This document shows positions 10,505 to 22,448 of a stretch of DNA of 64,000 nt, in pieces. The translations under genes were made by a program, and so were the position numbers. The first letter of the stretch is position 1. Each line of letters starts with the position of its first letter. The DNA is from Phoronis australis (Eukaryota > Animalia > Phoronida): NCBI GenBank assembly GCA_002633005.1, contig NMRA01000222.1, positions 186,001 to 250,000 of the forward strand, written 5' to 3'. The notes under the pieces are model-generated. The model saw only the letters and a program-made list of their open reading frames with translations. It did not search any database and was not told where the DNA came from.

Positions 10505-13500
10505 TCATGTAGAATAAAGAAACAGAATTTCAATTTTCATGTGAAAAAATAGCGTTTGTGGAGAATCTGATGATTTCCAATTATTTAGAAAAAACGCAGT
10601 CCTGCATGTGTGGGTCTGTTTCATGAAAAGTGATTTGACTTACTGCAGACATTTGATCTTACGCTCCACATAACTATTTCCGAAAAATAACTAAATCTCA
10701 CTTGCGCATAAGTGCAAAGTCTCTGACAATATACACATAACTGCGATGTACTGAGATAATCTCCAAGAATTATTTCTAGACTGCGATGAGCTCAATTTCT
10801 TGACTAAATCTTTATTCAGCAATTGTGAACTGGGAGCGTAATACCAACTTTTTCGGTCGTAAATCACCTTCATGAAACGAATCTCTGAGCATTGCTTTCG
10901 TGCACACAATAAGATTATGTGACTGTCAAGGATTTTAAAAATGTAAAATATGTAGTTTTACTGGTTTTCTTTTAATATTTTTAAATGTGATAGCAGACCC
11001 GCTTAAAAAACGCTGCCTAAGGTATTCCACCCTTTTTAACGAACTTTAACCATGCACTTTAAAGGAGAACCCAACCACTTAAAATAATAATCTTCGGTTA
11101 TCTTAGAAAGATGGTTTTCAATTTTAATTACCGTTTCCTTAGCCTGCTGTAACTTTGCAAGCTGCTGTACTATGGAAAATGACATAAACTGACCAGCGAA
11201 ACGCCTCATTTCGTGTCCTTGTGCTTGCTGTATGTAAGTACAGGCAGACGCGAGGCTTCTGCTGAACTGTTTTCATCACTTTTTATAGTTGCATGTATTG
11301 TAGCAAAGCATTCGTAAGGGTCATAAATCAAATTAGACTTTCCTCCTGTCCCAAACGCTGACAGGCAGCGTTATTTCAAAACATCACCAAGAAATGTTCC
11401 AAACATCATCGGTATGCTAACTCGGAACGATGAAATCGAAAACGATGATTTAACAAACTTATAACGGGTCGCTGTTGCATCGTATTCCTATATAAGAGCG
11501 TGTGTCTTTCCGACAGAAAGACAGAAACTGCTGAAGCCAGTGTAATGTATAATACCACTTTGCTAATAACGAAAAATCTACAAGTAACTCATAAAAGCAA
11601 TCCATCACGAAGGCAGAAGTGACGACACAGCCAATATTGTACCAGTAAAGAGTTCAGCACATATTTTCCATTTAAGGGAGTACGCCACAGTTTTAATTTT
11701 TCTTTGGAGTTTTTAATAAATCAGATTTTTATTTTCATCTTTGTTTTCTACAGAGCTGCGGGTAAGTGACAAAAACGTGAATTTAACATGGGTAACTAGA
11801 AAGCCACATATAATCAAATTAAATTAAATATTTTTGAAAACGGGTATATTTTGTTGTACGGTGTCACTTTCATGTTTTAATGATTAATTATATTTCTTAG
11901 TTTACTAATTTTCTTTTGCGTAAGTAAGCGTACCTCAAATTTTAACGTTTCGGGTTCTACACAAAAAGTTTCATAGTTTTTCTTTTGTTTTTTATTTTGA
12001 TGCTAATCGTGCTTTCTATGAAATATGGAAAATAGGAGGTCACCGGCTTCGTTTTTGAGACGTTTGAGCTCAAATAGCGCCTCATCGCAGCGTACTTTGA
12101 CATTCTCAAATTCATCAAGTTGATGTCAACAATCTAAGACAAGATGTTTCTTCTTATTTCCGTACAATTCACAGCTAGTGGGTCCACGAAGCTACGTTCC
12201 CAGTGAGAATAGAAGACGTACGTAGGAGAAAAAGGATAAGTAGTTGATATGTACTTTTAAACAAGAATAAAGTAAGATACAAATATGCAAGTAATAACAA
12301 GTTACGAGATATTACATTTCGACGTTGGGAACACGGCACAGGCAAACAAAACGTTCTGCGACTGATAAATGAGTGATTATGTTAGCACGGCGTACGCATA
12401 ATCATCCCGAGCAACTACTTTATGATCCATTGAAAGGACTGGGAACAATGCAACACTTTTTCATTTCGGTGAAATGTTCATCTCTTGTCAGAGGAATGAT
12501 ATCCTTTGGATTTTGATGTTCAACGCGAACAACAAATTCTGGAGCATGGATAAATCCGATAACGGTAGCTTGCTTCAAAATTAATTTGTTCGAACCGATA
12601 AAAACAAAATAATGATCAAGAGACACGTAGACGCGTATCATTAAACTCACCTTTTAGTCACTGCATTGAGTCACTGAATCTAAGTTTTACGAGTCAGAAG
12701 GTTTAGAGTCGTCAGTGTTAGTGTTTGCGACATCTTCGTCTCCTTGGACACTGTGATCTAACTACGGCTGTACAATCTATTTTACATACGTATAAAACAT
12801 TGCTGTAACGCAATATGTTGTTTATAATTATTAGATGAGAACCTCGTTAAACGATTGTTGACACAGTTTAACAATTTATCATTCGCTTGGCTTGGACTGA
12901 ATTTTTAATGACATCTGACCGGGGAAGTGAATATTTTAATACTTCGCTAACGACATAGAACAGCAAGGCGATTCCGGTTTCTGAAAAAATGCAAAACAAT
13001 TGTCATTAGTCGTGCAAAAGTTTGCTTACTTATTTTTTAAAGTTGAGGCGATGGTCTTAATTGTTACAAGCAGTGACTTACAGAATGCGAACACTGAACG
13101 TCAGGAGACGTGCAAATGTTCTACACGCAGGCCCATCGTATATTCTGCCATATTTAAATATTAGTTTTTCCTCAACATTATTGTGCCCAAGTGTTTGGAA
13201 CGTGCGTGCGCTAATTCAAGCTTCGTCTAATGACACAGATCTCACTTGTACATGTACATTGTAGGGCCTGTATGGGCAAAACGTTGTTCCAGTTGTAATA
13301 GAATGCTTTCAATTAGTAATCGTAAATGGAGAAAACGTCATAATCCACCCGGCCGCCTTCATTAACGGATGAGTCAACCTCCGCTGAAACGCTTAAAAGT
13401 TTACGAGTAAGTTGGCTTCACTCCATAAAGGTACGTTATTGTAACGAGGAACGTATTATATGTGATTTGTTAGCACTGTACGCAAGGTGATACGTACGTA

Positions 13501-14559
13501 GGCCTACGTACGCATACATGTACATGTATGTATGCATGTATGTATATGCATACATTGCACGCCAAAAGTCACAAAATGGCCTAGAATTTCTCGTCCTCAG
13601 CCGCAGGGCGAAAGGTGAAGATTCAAATTGTCAGAATAATCTCCCCTCGTTACCGAGAATGAACGGGTATTAACAGTGATGTTAAGTGATTTTGTAATTA
13701 GAATTTTTCCGCTCTAATAGTTATTACCAGGCACTTTGCTGTTAACAGAATTTGCCGTCATGACGGGAAAACGATATTCTACAACTGAGATTATTTTTAT
13801 CTCGCACTGTACAGTCCCACTACGGTATGAATGTTGCAATCGAGTTTGAAATCGTTAAACCATGGTTTGGCGTCTGACAACCATAAACTTTACCTGAAGT
13901 AAGGGAACGACGTCTTATTCACGAATCAAGTTTGTGAATTCCACTCGTTAAAACCATAGAAAACGTACAATGTTTTGACCGTCAATTATCATACAAGTAC
14001 AGATGAACCGCAGTCAACAACTGAGAGTTTGTCGCGTACACCCCCATTGTTTTTAAGTATCCAGCCACGCGCCCATGTTGTTACTCCACATGTGTTTATT
14101 TTCAAGTGAAAAAATAGTCACAAAAATCGTATAAGCATTGTAGTATCTATAAGGGAGCGTTACACAAACATAAAAATAGTGTGTACTGAGTTACCTTGAG
14201 TTTTACGACAAAGCCTGTTGAGTTCCCTGCCTCTGTGCCACGAGGTCATTCATCTCGGTGGACTAACGCCAACAACAACAATGCTTCGATTTCCTCACCT
14301 ACTGTAGTCTCTCAAGCACAGCGGTCGATGTACTATGTACAGGGACCATGTGTGTGTCTTACATGCAAGGGTAGGCCTATTGTCCGTGTTAACAAGCCAT
14401 AGTCGGCCTCCACCGTGTGTCGGCCGAATGTTGATTTGATATTAAGTATGAAGGAACCAATGGAGAACTAGAGGTTCACCAGGAGACGTTTGAGCAGCAA
14501 GGGGCCTACCCCTGTCTACGGGTCATCAGTCACCCTTAGCCCACAAACGCCCCTATACT

Positions 14560-14701
14560 GGGTGGCAAGGGGCCATGGCCCCCCTTAAATTCTCCCAGAT
14601 TCCATTTGGCCGGTTCGGGGTGCGAATATCTGACGGGTAAAATACTGGCTAATATACTCTGCTCTGGTCCTTTCTAAGTCAAAATCCTGGATCCGCCCCT
14701 G
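14560..14701 (-). mobile_element. Partial copy of the 5-bp-TSD MITE
   Basis: CCCAGATTCCATTTGG...GCGAATATCTGACGGG...AAAATCCTGGATCCGCCCCTG. Confidence 0.75.
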
Positions 14702-16053
14702 AGTGACTTTTTGATTAGCAAAATGACCACCGACTAAGTATCGAGACAATGATGACAGCGCTGGGCAGCTAATGCGACAATCGGCGGGCATACGTGTCAT
14801 TTAACCTTAACTAGCGTAGTGCTTGTGTACTTTCGAACCTTTTACAGAAATCTATGTTAAAAGTCCCCAGATAGTCTGACGAAACGTAACCTTCGATGTT
14901 GAAAATGCACACAACCCTTCAGAAAAAGTTTACATACATAATTTGATAAGATGTATAATTTTACGTTTATTCACTGCTGCCGTGTGGTGTCATGTCTCGG
15001 GACGTGATCTACAGAAATAAAATTGTTCAGCTGACATTTTACGGAGAGCGAAAATCGATGTTTGCGCATCCCAGAGCGTACACATGTGGGATACGAGTCA
15101 TCCAGTCCACGTGATCCAAGAGAGAGTCACCCAGGCGATCGTCTGCTCGGTAAGCTGTCGGTCCATTTTTGAATGGATTCTACCTGTTTACTCCAGTCTA
15201 CGATAAACTGAAGGTTTGACTGCTAAAACGAAGTGATTCCAAACGCTGGTTCATCTACGTCAACCAGCTGCGGTGCTGCCGCTTTGGTCGCTGTCCCAAC
15301 TATCCTTTAAGTATATGGCGTCTCGCGATACAAGTGAAAAGGAATCTTTAATGATAGTGTTAACTTGTTCAACAAAATTTTCTCTCACAGCGCTCACTTA
15401 AAGTGTCCTGTAAAATAAATACTGGTTATCACAAATGAAAGACGTGAAACAAATGTATAGCAGAAAGTAATTGAATATAAGTTTAACCAATAAGCACAAC
15501 CAATTCCAATAAGTGGAGACATGTCAGAACATGAACTGTTGAAATAATAACAGGACGTTGAATTAATGAAATGAAAGACATCCACAAATGAATTACCTTG
15601 GAAATTAACTGAAAATGTAATAAATGGTACCACAAGTAGGCCTATATCAAAAGTAAAAATTGAGCTAAAGACGGAAATGTTTGCAGTCAATAAAAACCGA
15701 AGTAAAAACAACCGAAGTGATCAGTATCATTTGTTTAAAAACAGTTACATGTATACTGTGTGTTCTTTAGCGTTGTTGATAGAGAATTAAATAGCTTTCT
15801 AGTGGAGTCTAGACAGCTCGTGCGATGTCGAATCAACTCTTACGCGACATAATCCACGTCAGCAAAGCGTAATTAAAACGCACCAAGTTGATCTATGCTT
15901 TTATTTAAGGAAAAATGCATGCGAGGTAAGTGACCCTGGAGTTCCCAGCTGTTGAACCACCTGGTCGACCTTCAGGTAACGCCTTACTCGCATGCTCTCT
16001 TTGTCAGTCATGTAATTTTGAAGCCTTGGCACCAGTTCCAACAACAACGACAG

Positions 16054-16720
16054 TACTCTCTCTGGTAATAGTTAAACCCCAAAATATGCATAGACTAGTA
16101 GTTATAATCGTCACATTGTGGCATTTTCAAGGCGAATTTGGCATTTAGGAAAACACGTTTGGTATATTTATGCCAACTAGCCGAAATCACTTGGAAATTT
16201 TAGTGAGACTCAACGGAGAATGATAATTAGTCTAATATTATAGAATTCTGGAAGCAGTTTTAAGTCAACATACATGTAAAACCAATCAAAAATATGCTCG
16301 AACGTCAAGACGGTAGAGGAGTGCAAACCCACTCGGCTGTCCACCCGGCGAGGTAGCTCGTCATTTTTAGAAATGTACGTGCATTTGCACGGCAGTCCAG
16401 TGCTCGATTTCGTTCTCAAATGCTTATTCCAGAAGAGGTTTCTCCCCCAATTTCCTTCGGCTCTTCGCCTCCTTTCCCACAAAGACCCAGGGACTTGGCT
16501 TTTCTCACGTAGTCCGCCGCCCGCGTCGACCATAGCAACGAGATTGCTGATGAGGTCACCACCTCGATTTCAATTAACTTTCTCTTGAGGCTTTTGTTAA
16601 ACAACGGCCAATTATTATAAAGTTACAATAACGCAACAGATTTTGGCATTTTCCAAGACTCGGGATTGTTTCAATAAATTTTCCAAAATTTAACCCCGCC
16701 CCCAAATGCGATTTTTTCGG
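16054..16720 (+). repeat. Diverged dispersed repeat, block X copy 1
   Basis: Collinear anchors with 46560-47320: CTCTGGTAATAGTTA, TAATTAGTC, GAGGA.TGCAAACCCACT, TTTCGTTC.CA.AT.CTTAT, CGCGTCG.CCAT. Confidence 0.6.
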
Positions 16721-16979
16721 CCGTAATACCGACCGCGTCTACTAAATGCGTAACGACATCCAAAGCACAGAATCACATTTTGATACCAACGTGATATAAC
16801 CCCAACGCGTACTCATAACTGCGAGAATTAAAAAATCCGCAGGTCACGTGCTTCAACTCCACAAACGCATTTTATATTAAATACCCACTTACACTTATTT
16901 AGAAAAAATGCATTGTATTTTGATAAGTTTAAATAAGAGACGGTAGATATTGTAAGAATCTTTGGGGTTTATTTTGGAT

Positions 16980-17455
16980 CTTACACACGTTTCCAACAAT
17001 ATCGCTGTCGTTAAAAGCTAACACCTGTATGAGTACAAAGCTGTTCTCATGTTTCTGCAGTAGCTGAACGCCGTCAGGACACGCACTAAAATGTAAATGG
17101 CAAACCAGACAAAGTGACGACTTGTATCAATTCAATACGTCTCATTGAAAAAGTCTTGGATCAGACTTCAGCCGACAAGGAAATCAAGATAACTTCAGAA
17201 ACATGTCTATCCAATGAAGAACGATCTCCCGCCAACTGTGTTGTGGTCACGATTTCCCTTGGCACATGCGCAGTCTCAAGTTTTCTTTGGAATGTTTTGA
17301 TTACTGAGACGTAACAACAGTGGACAAACTAGGCGTGCGTTCATTAGACGCTAGGACCTAGTCAAAGTCACGTGTTCTCATTTAACATACACGGCAATAT
17401 CTCACGTAATCTCGCGAAGTCTTGCTTTTTAGCGAGGTCCCAGCGTTACTGAACG
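16980..17455 (+). repeat. Diverged dispersed repeat, block Y copy 1
   Basis: 17355-17455 closely matches 45854-45953 (TTCTCATTTAA.ATACACGGCAATAT, CTTGCTTTTTAGCGA); weaker similarity upstream. Confidence 0.55.
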
Positions 17456-19455
17456 GGAGGCAGAAATGGTAACTAACAGGAAGTGGAAATCTCAGCGGAA
17501 GAGGCACTAACAAGTGTCTCGTGCAATTTTTGCCCAGTACGTTTCCAAATTTTCCCCCAGAAGATTTTTGTTCGTAGTTATCTCCTCGTGATTCCTCCGA
17601 TGTCAACTTCTTAATTATGATTGCGAGGATTGCATTTTTTCAACAGAATATCGAAATTCTCCATCCGCACGTCATTGTGGTATGCATGTACACGTAGTCT
17701 AAAAGTGTAAATAGTATGAATGTATGTATCTATGCATGCATGCATGGATGCGTGTATTTATGTATCTATCTATGTATGTATACAGTGTATATCCATCTAT
17801 CTGGGAAAAGCAGATGGCGTTGTCTATGCATGAGTCAGGAACAAACCCTTACGATTTTTGCCGAACAATTCCGACTGACGTCTGTTTACTTCATGTAGTT
17901 TGAGGTCCTATCGGCTACCCAAAGGTCGCCAAATTGAGCCCTGCTGTTTGCATGTGTACATGTATGTTTGCTTGCGTGCGTGAGCGCAGAGATAACGAGA
18001 CAAACGTTTTAAAGCGCATTTTTCATGGAAAACAACTCAGTCACTCAGTGGCTTCATTGTCAGCATCATTTAACATTCCTTCATAGCACTGCATATCACA
18101 ATCGTGAATAAAGTATTCCAAAATCGATATAGTAGAAACGCGACTTCAACTGAAAGTTTCGTAGCTCCGTATACACGAGTGAGACATATGAATGTTCCCA
18201 GGTTACGAGGTGTCCATCAACAGGCTAATTTTCTGTACATTATTGTGCCGTGTCCGCGCTTCTTCAATGTCTCGCTGGAAAGTGAAAAGATCCACAGAGC
18301 GGTCAAGTAAATTGTCAGCACAAACGCAACGCCTCAGCGTTCCTTACTCTACCACAAACCTCAGGAAAACGAACAGCAATATCTGGTGATTTTTCACACT
18401 AAACACATTGAGGGCGCTGTGACTGATTGTCCCGATATCACGTATTACGTTTCGACACGAGCTAGTACATCAAGATCGGCCATTTAACAAATCAACATAT
18501 TGTGTTTCCGCGTGTTCTTATTTTACAGCTGGTCGACTGGTGGGGTTGTTTTTCTGTGTTTTGATATGAAACTTTAAGCACTTTAATACTCGCATACGAG
18601 CCCAAAGTTAAATGCATCAAGCCATTTTATTGTAAAAAGCTGTAATCTATCCAATCGAGCAAAGTAGGATTCAAGTGACTAGACGCTCGTCTCAGCATTC
18701 TGTTTTCGTCGAAATATCGTCTACAATGTAAGAAATACGCCTGTCCTAAGAGATACGACTGTCTAAAATGATCCAAAATATTTAAACACCTTAACACATC
18801 ACACCATTTATTTTGAACCACAATATTTGTATCAGTAGTATTTCTCGCTGTGGTACCACATACTTTCGTTCTTGGCCTCATTTAATGTCAACTGGTTGTC
18901 AGTCAACTATTCTGACAGAACCAGCATGTCGCTACATTTTTCTCCATGTCTGTTTTTATTTTTTACATGAATAAAAATGTTATAGTGTGCATCATGTCGT
19001 CTTCAGAAAGAAATGTTTGTTTCTCGATCATTTGTACACATGACAAATATTTTCAACTGAATGTGCACTGACAGCTCCCAAATACGCACGAAGACCGGTA
19101 GGACTGAAATTGAACCGTAGTTTGTACTCACCATCCTTAAAATTGGGTTCTTCCAGCCTTGAGAAATGCAAGAAACATTGCAAAACGACAAGTTATATAT
19201 GAGAAAGGATTGACGCCCTGTCAGTGTAGCTAAGATAACGATCAGCCTGCCAATAACTCTACCAATAGGACGGTGCCGGAGAACACAGCGATACTTGAAT
19301 CTTGCGACATATACCCACAATGCTGAAACACACGTCACCAAGCAATCCTCTGACCTCGTTTTCGTGCTACTGGAGTCTCTCATTACTTGTGTTATTTGTT
19401 GATGCTTTCCTTTTTCAAGTTTTTCTCTGCCTCGTTAACTGTATTCTACCTTGCA

Positions 19456-19552
19456 ATGCTAGCAAAATTTTGCTGCTCTGCTGTTGGCTGCAGTTTCGAC
19501 GACAGAGAGTTGCGTGAAGTTGAGTATCCATGGATGCCACATTTTCTTTCCT
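19456..19552 (+). pseudogene. THAP N-terminal fragment, probably a transposon relic
   Basis: MLAKFCCSAVGCSF...EYPWM resembles the THAP M-x-C-x4-C start; the rest of the domain is missing. Confidence 0.4.
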
Positions 19553-19779
19553 CTATGACCAGTGACATTTCTATCCGGTACCGTCCTACTCCAATGTCTT
19601 TGCATGATGAAACACATTGAATATGCTTATTTACTTATTCGTGCTGTACTTCTTGGAACTTAAAAGTATAATCGGCGACAATCTGAAGATCAATTGAAGT
19701 ATCGTGCTAAGTTCACTACGGACAATGCTTAAGAACCATTCAATGCCTTGGCAATGGTCCCACTATCAAAAAAGCATTG

Positions 19780-19865
19780 CCTCAAAACTCTTTACATTAA
19801 CTTGTGGTTTAGAGTTAAAGTGACAATCCTCAAAACTATTTGTGGTTTAGAGTTAAAGCGACAAT
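19780..19865. repeat. Short tandem duplication
   Basis: CCTCAAAACT...TTGTGGTTTAGAGTTAAAG(T/C)GACAAT present twice. Confidence 0.8.
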
Positions 19866-22084
19866 AAATCCACCTTCCATCACAAAAAGTAACTATCGAT
19901 ATAGAATACGTATATTTTGGTGAAATTGGTCTCAAATTATTCTTTAATCAAATAGAAGGCGACTTCACATTTGTCCATATTTTCGGGGCCATGTTTCTTA
20001 TCATTTATTCTAGTCTCCACGAACGTCTCTTTAAATTCTTAAACATGGTTTTGCACCGATTCCGTAGCCATCCCGACACTGAATCAGAAATTCTCCGAAC
20101 TTTGTCACGACAGACACCTTGTTGAAGGCACAATAGCAGATTTGTCCTCTTCCCATGTGAATTTTGGAAGTCAACCACTTATTGTCGGTGAGAGGAACAC
20201 TCTATTTACACGCACAACTCTGAACAAAATTTCAAAACTCGGTTTGTAACCAACAACGATACTAATGTTTCATTAGTTTCTCTGTCCTTTTCTGTTTTGT
20301 TTCATCAAAATTCACTAGATCACGATACAATCGATCTTAATGATTTTGGTGTGTCGATCTCATGTGGTTAATAGCTAGTGTTGAGGAGAAGAACGCTTGG
20401 CGTTGACATTTTCTATTGCACACTGGACGTGTTCGCTTGTCGACAGCTTTAATTACGGAAAGGTCATTCGCCCATTTACAAAAAATGAGATGAGAAATCT
20501 TATGAATTTTTAAAACTTATTTTATGGATTTTTCTGCTGCATTAAAACCAACAGTCGCTGTGTGTATTTTGTGGGCGCGTTTGCATTGTACTCGATCATG
20601 TCTCGCGGTCTATGTCGAACTTTACCATGGTGCCGAGCACACGACTGCAGTTAGTCGCCACAATAAAAACTTATTGTTTTTTGTTTAAAATGTCCTTGAA
20701 CAAAGATGCCTATTTATGTATTCATCAATACCAGCGGCGGTTTTCCACGAATGTTTTAGAACCGTTTTCTATCTTCGTGGAATGTCATGATGCTCTTGTA
20801 CACTGCTACAACTTCGTCGACGAATTTCATAGAATTTTTTTTCACTTTTGCCAAAGAAGTAAAATGATAGAAGGTCGGCAAGACGAAGAGGTTTGAATAT
20901 TCATTGTGCTGGTGATGTAGCAGATAATGGCGAACTCGATTCTTAAGACGGCGATTCCCCAGTTCTGTAAGTCTGCAGCGCCTAAAGAGTCCTCGCGTTT
21001 TCGGAAAGGGAATTGCCCTCCCTTAATATTGTCTCTTGAAAGGCTACACAAGTTTATACCAAAGTCTTTTCCTTTAGTTTCAAGAAACTAAAATTTACAA
21101 TGAATTAGTGTAAGCACTCACGTGATGTTCCTCACAGCACTAACACATTCGGGGCAAGCGGATTCTTTCCTAGTTCCTTCAACGTTTGTCCTTTTATTGT
21201 CTTTTTACGCGTTCCATTCACGTTTAGGATTAGTTTCATGATTTTGTACTGTTCCTTTATGTCGCGAACAGGCCATATTAACTATACATTTGCATTTCCG
21301 AGAGGCGTTCAGATGGAAATGTTTTTGATTGATATAACGTTTATTTGTAAAAATAATGAGTCATTGCATATACCCCTAAAGGATGCTTTGACGTTTTCGT
21401 ATGGGATGTTACATAACAGTGCATACATTTTTTGCGTTTACTCACTTCTCAGCAAGTAATTGATGAGGACTCCATGAACCAGAAGACAGCCGGTAGACTT
21501 CAGCCTGGGGCAGACCATTTGACCCTTTAATTCAATGAGAAGTTAATTAATGTCATTTCTGCGTATCTTTATTATGACTCTTTTGTCCATACACTTGTCT
21601 CAACGTTTTCGCAAAAGACTGGGTCTGAGAACAAAGAAATATGCATTTTCTGTATTTCCCTCAGAAAGTAATTCTAAAGTATTCGTTATTTTGAATGTTT
21701 GAATCACGCGCTCACGTGGGAAATGTATGGACAGACTGAGGAGAAAGGATTGCTAAAATTTTTGCTCTTTCGGTTTTTGCTTTTGGAACTTTGCCGACCG
21801 TGACCACCCTCATGTTGTATTTGAACATTCCTCATGATTTGTGATGCCACAGGCGACTTCAGCTGTGAACGATAATCTTCTATGTTATGGTCAAATGATG
21901 GTATGTAAGTTAATCCGCTAATATGGTATACTTACCATCTAATGAAATTAAGACAATTTACACTGCAATGGCTTAACTCGTAAAGTCCTAAGTTAAAATG
22001 TCAAACAAAATGATTTGCAAAATTCAGCACTTTTCCGATATAAATTTACTCGTTTGAGTGGGATGACTGACAGCCAGCGCGTGC

Positions 22085-22270
22085 GAGGGGCGTGCTTACT
22101 TTTGTTGTGTAGCACCAGGTAATTCTACGGAGCCAATCGGGGGTCATTTATTATTAACTGCATACAAAGGTTATAGTCCCTGAGGATGCGCTCTCATTGC
22201 ATGTACCAATCAGCTATTATGTGATAATTGATTCCACCGAGGAAATGGTTGTGGTGCGATTTATAAGAGC
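22085..22270 (+). promoter_or_regulatory. Candidate distal POU4 promoter
   Basis: GC-box-like GAGGGGCGTG at 22085, CCAAT at 22133 and 22206, TATA-like TTTATAAGAG at 22260-22269, about 130 bp before an ATG-initiated mini-exon. Confidence 0.45.
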
Positions 22271-22391
22271 GGCGCGCATCGTCCTCTCGCTAGATTGCTA
22301 GCAATTCAAGCCCAGCAAAGATACTGAGTAATTTACAATATTTTCTCATTTTTTCGGCGATTTTTGAAGCATCTCTAAGAGCCTGGTCAAG

Positions 22392-22448
22392 ATGATGCAC
22401 GGGATGGGTCGTAACATGCCCTCTTACGGGCTTTATCACACTCACCAG
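22392..22448 (+). CDS. Candidate alternative first coding exon of POU4 (MMHGMGRNMPSYGLYHTHQ)
   Basis: AAG-ATG context, 19 open codons, CAG|GTATTT donor in phase 0, compatible with the phase-0 acceptor at 31661/31662. Confidence 0.45.

Noticed and set aside
11059-11690. Additional TTAAAGG/TTAAGG putative transposon ends (also near 876, 26637, 36409, 41544, 59073)
   Set aside because: No matching opposite TIR found by eye
15430-15720. A-rich stretch that looks like a decayed ORF
   Set aside because: Multiple stops and no recognisable protein motif
16545-16572. CTGATGAG followed by a hairpin
   Set aside because: GAAA core is absent (GATT instead)
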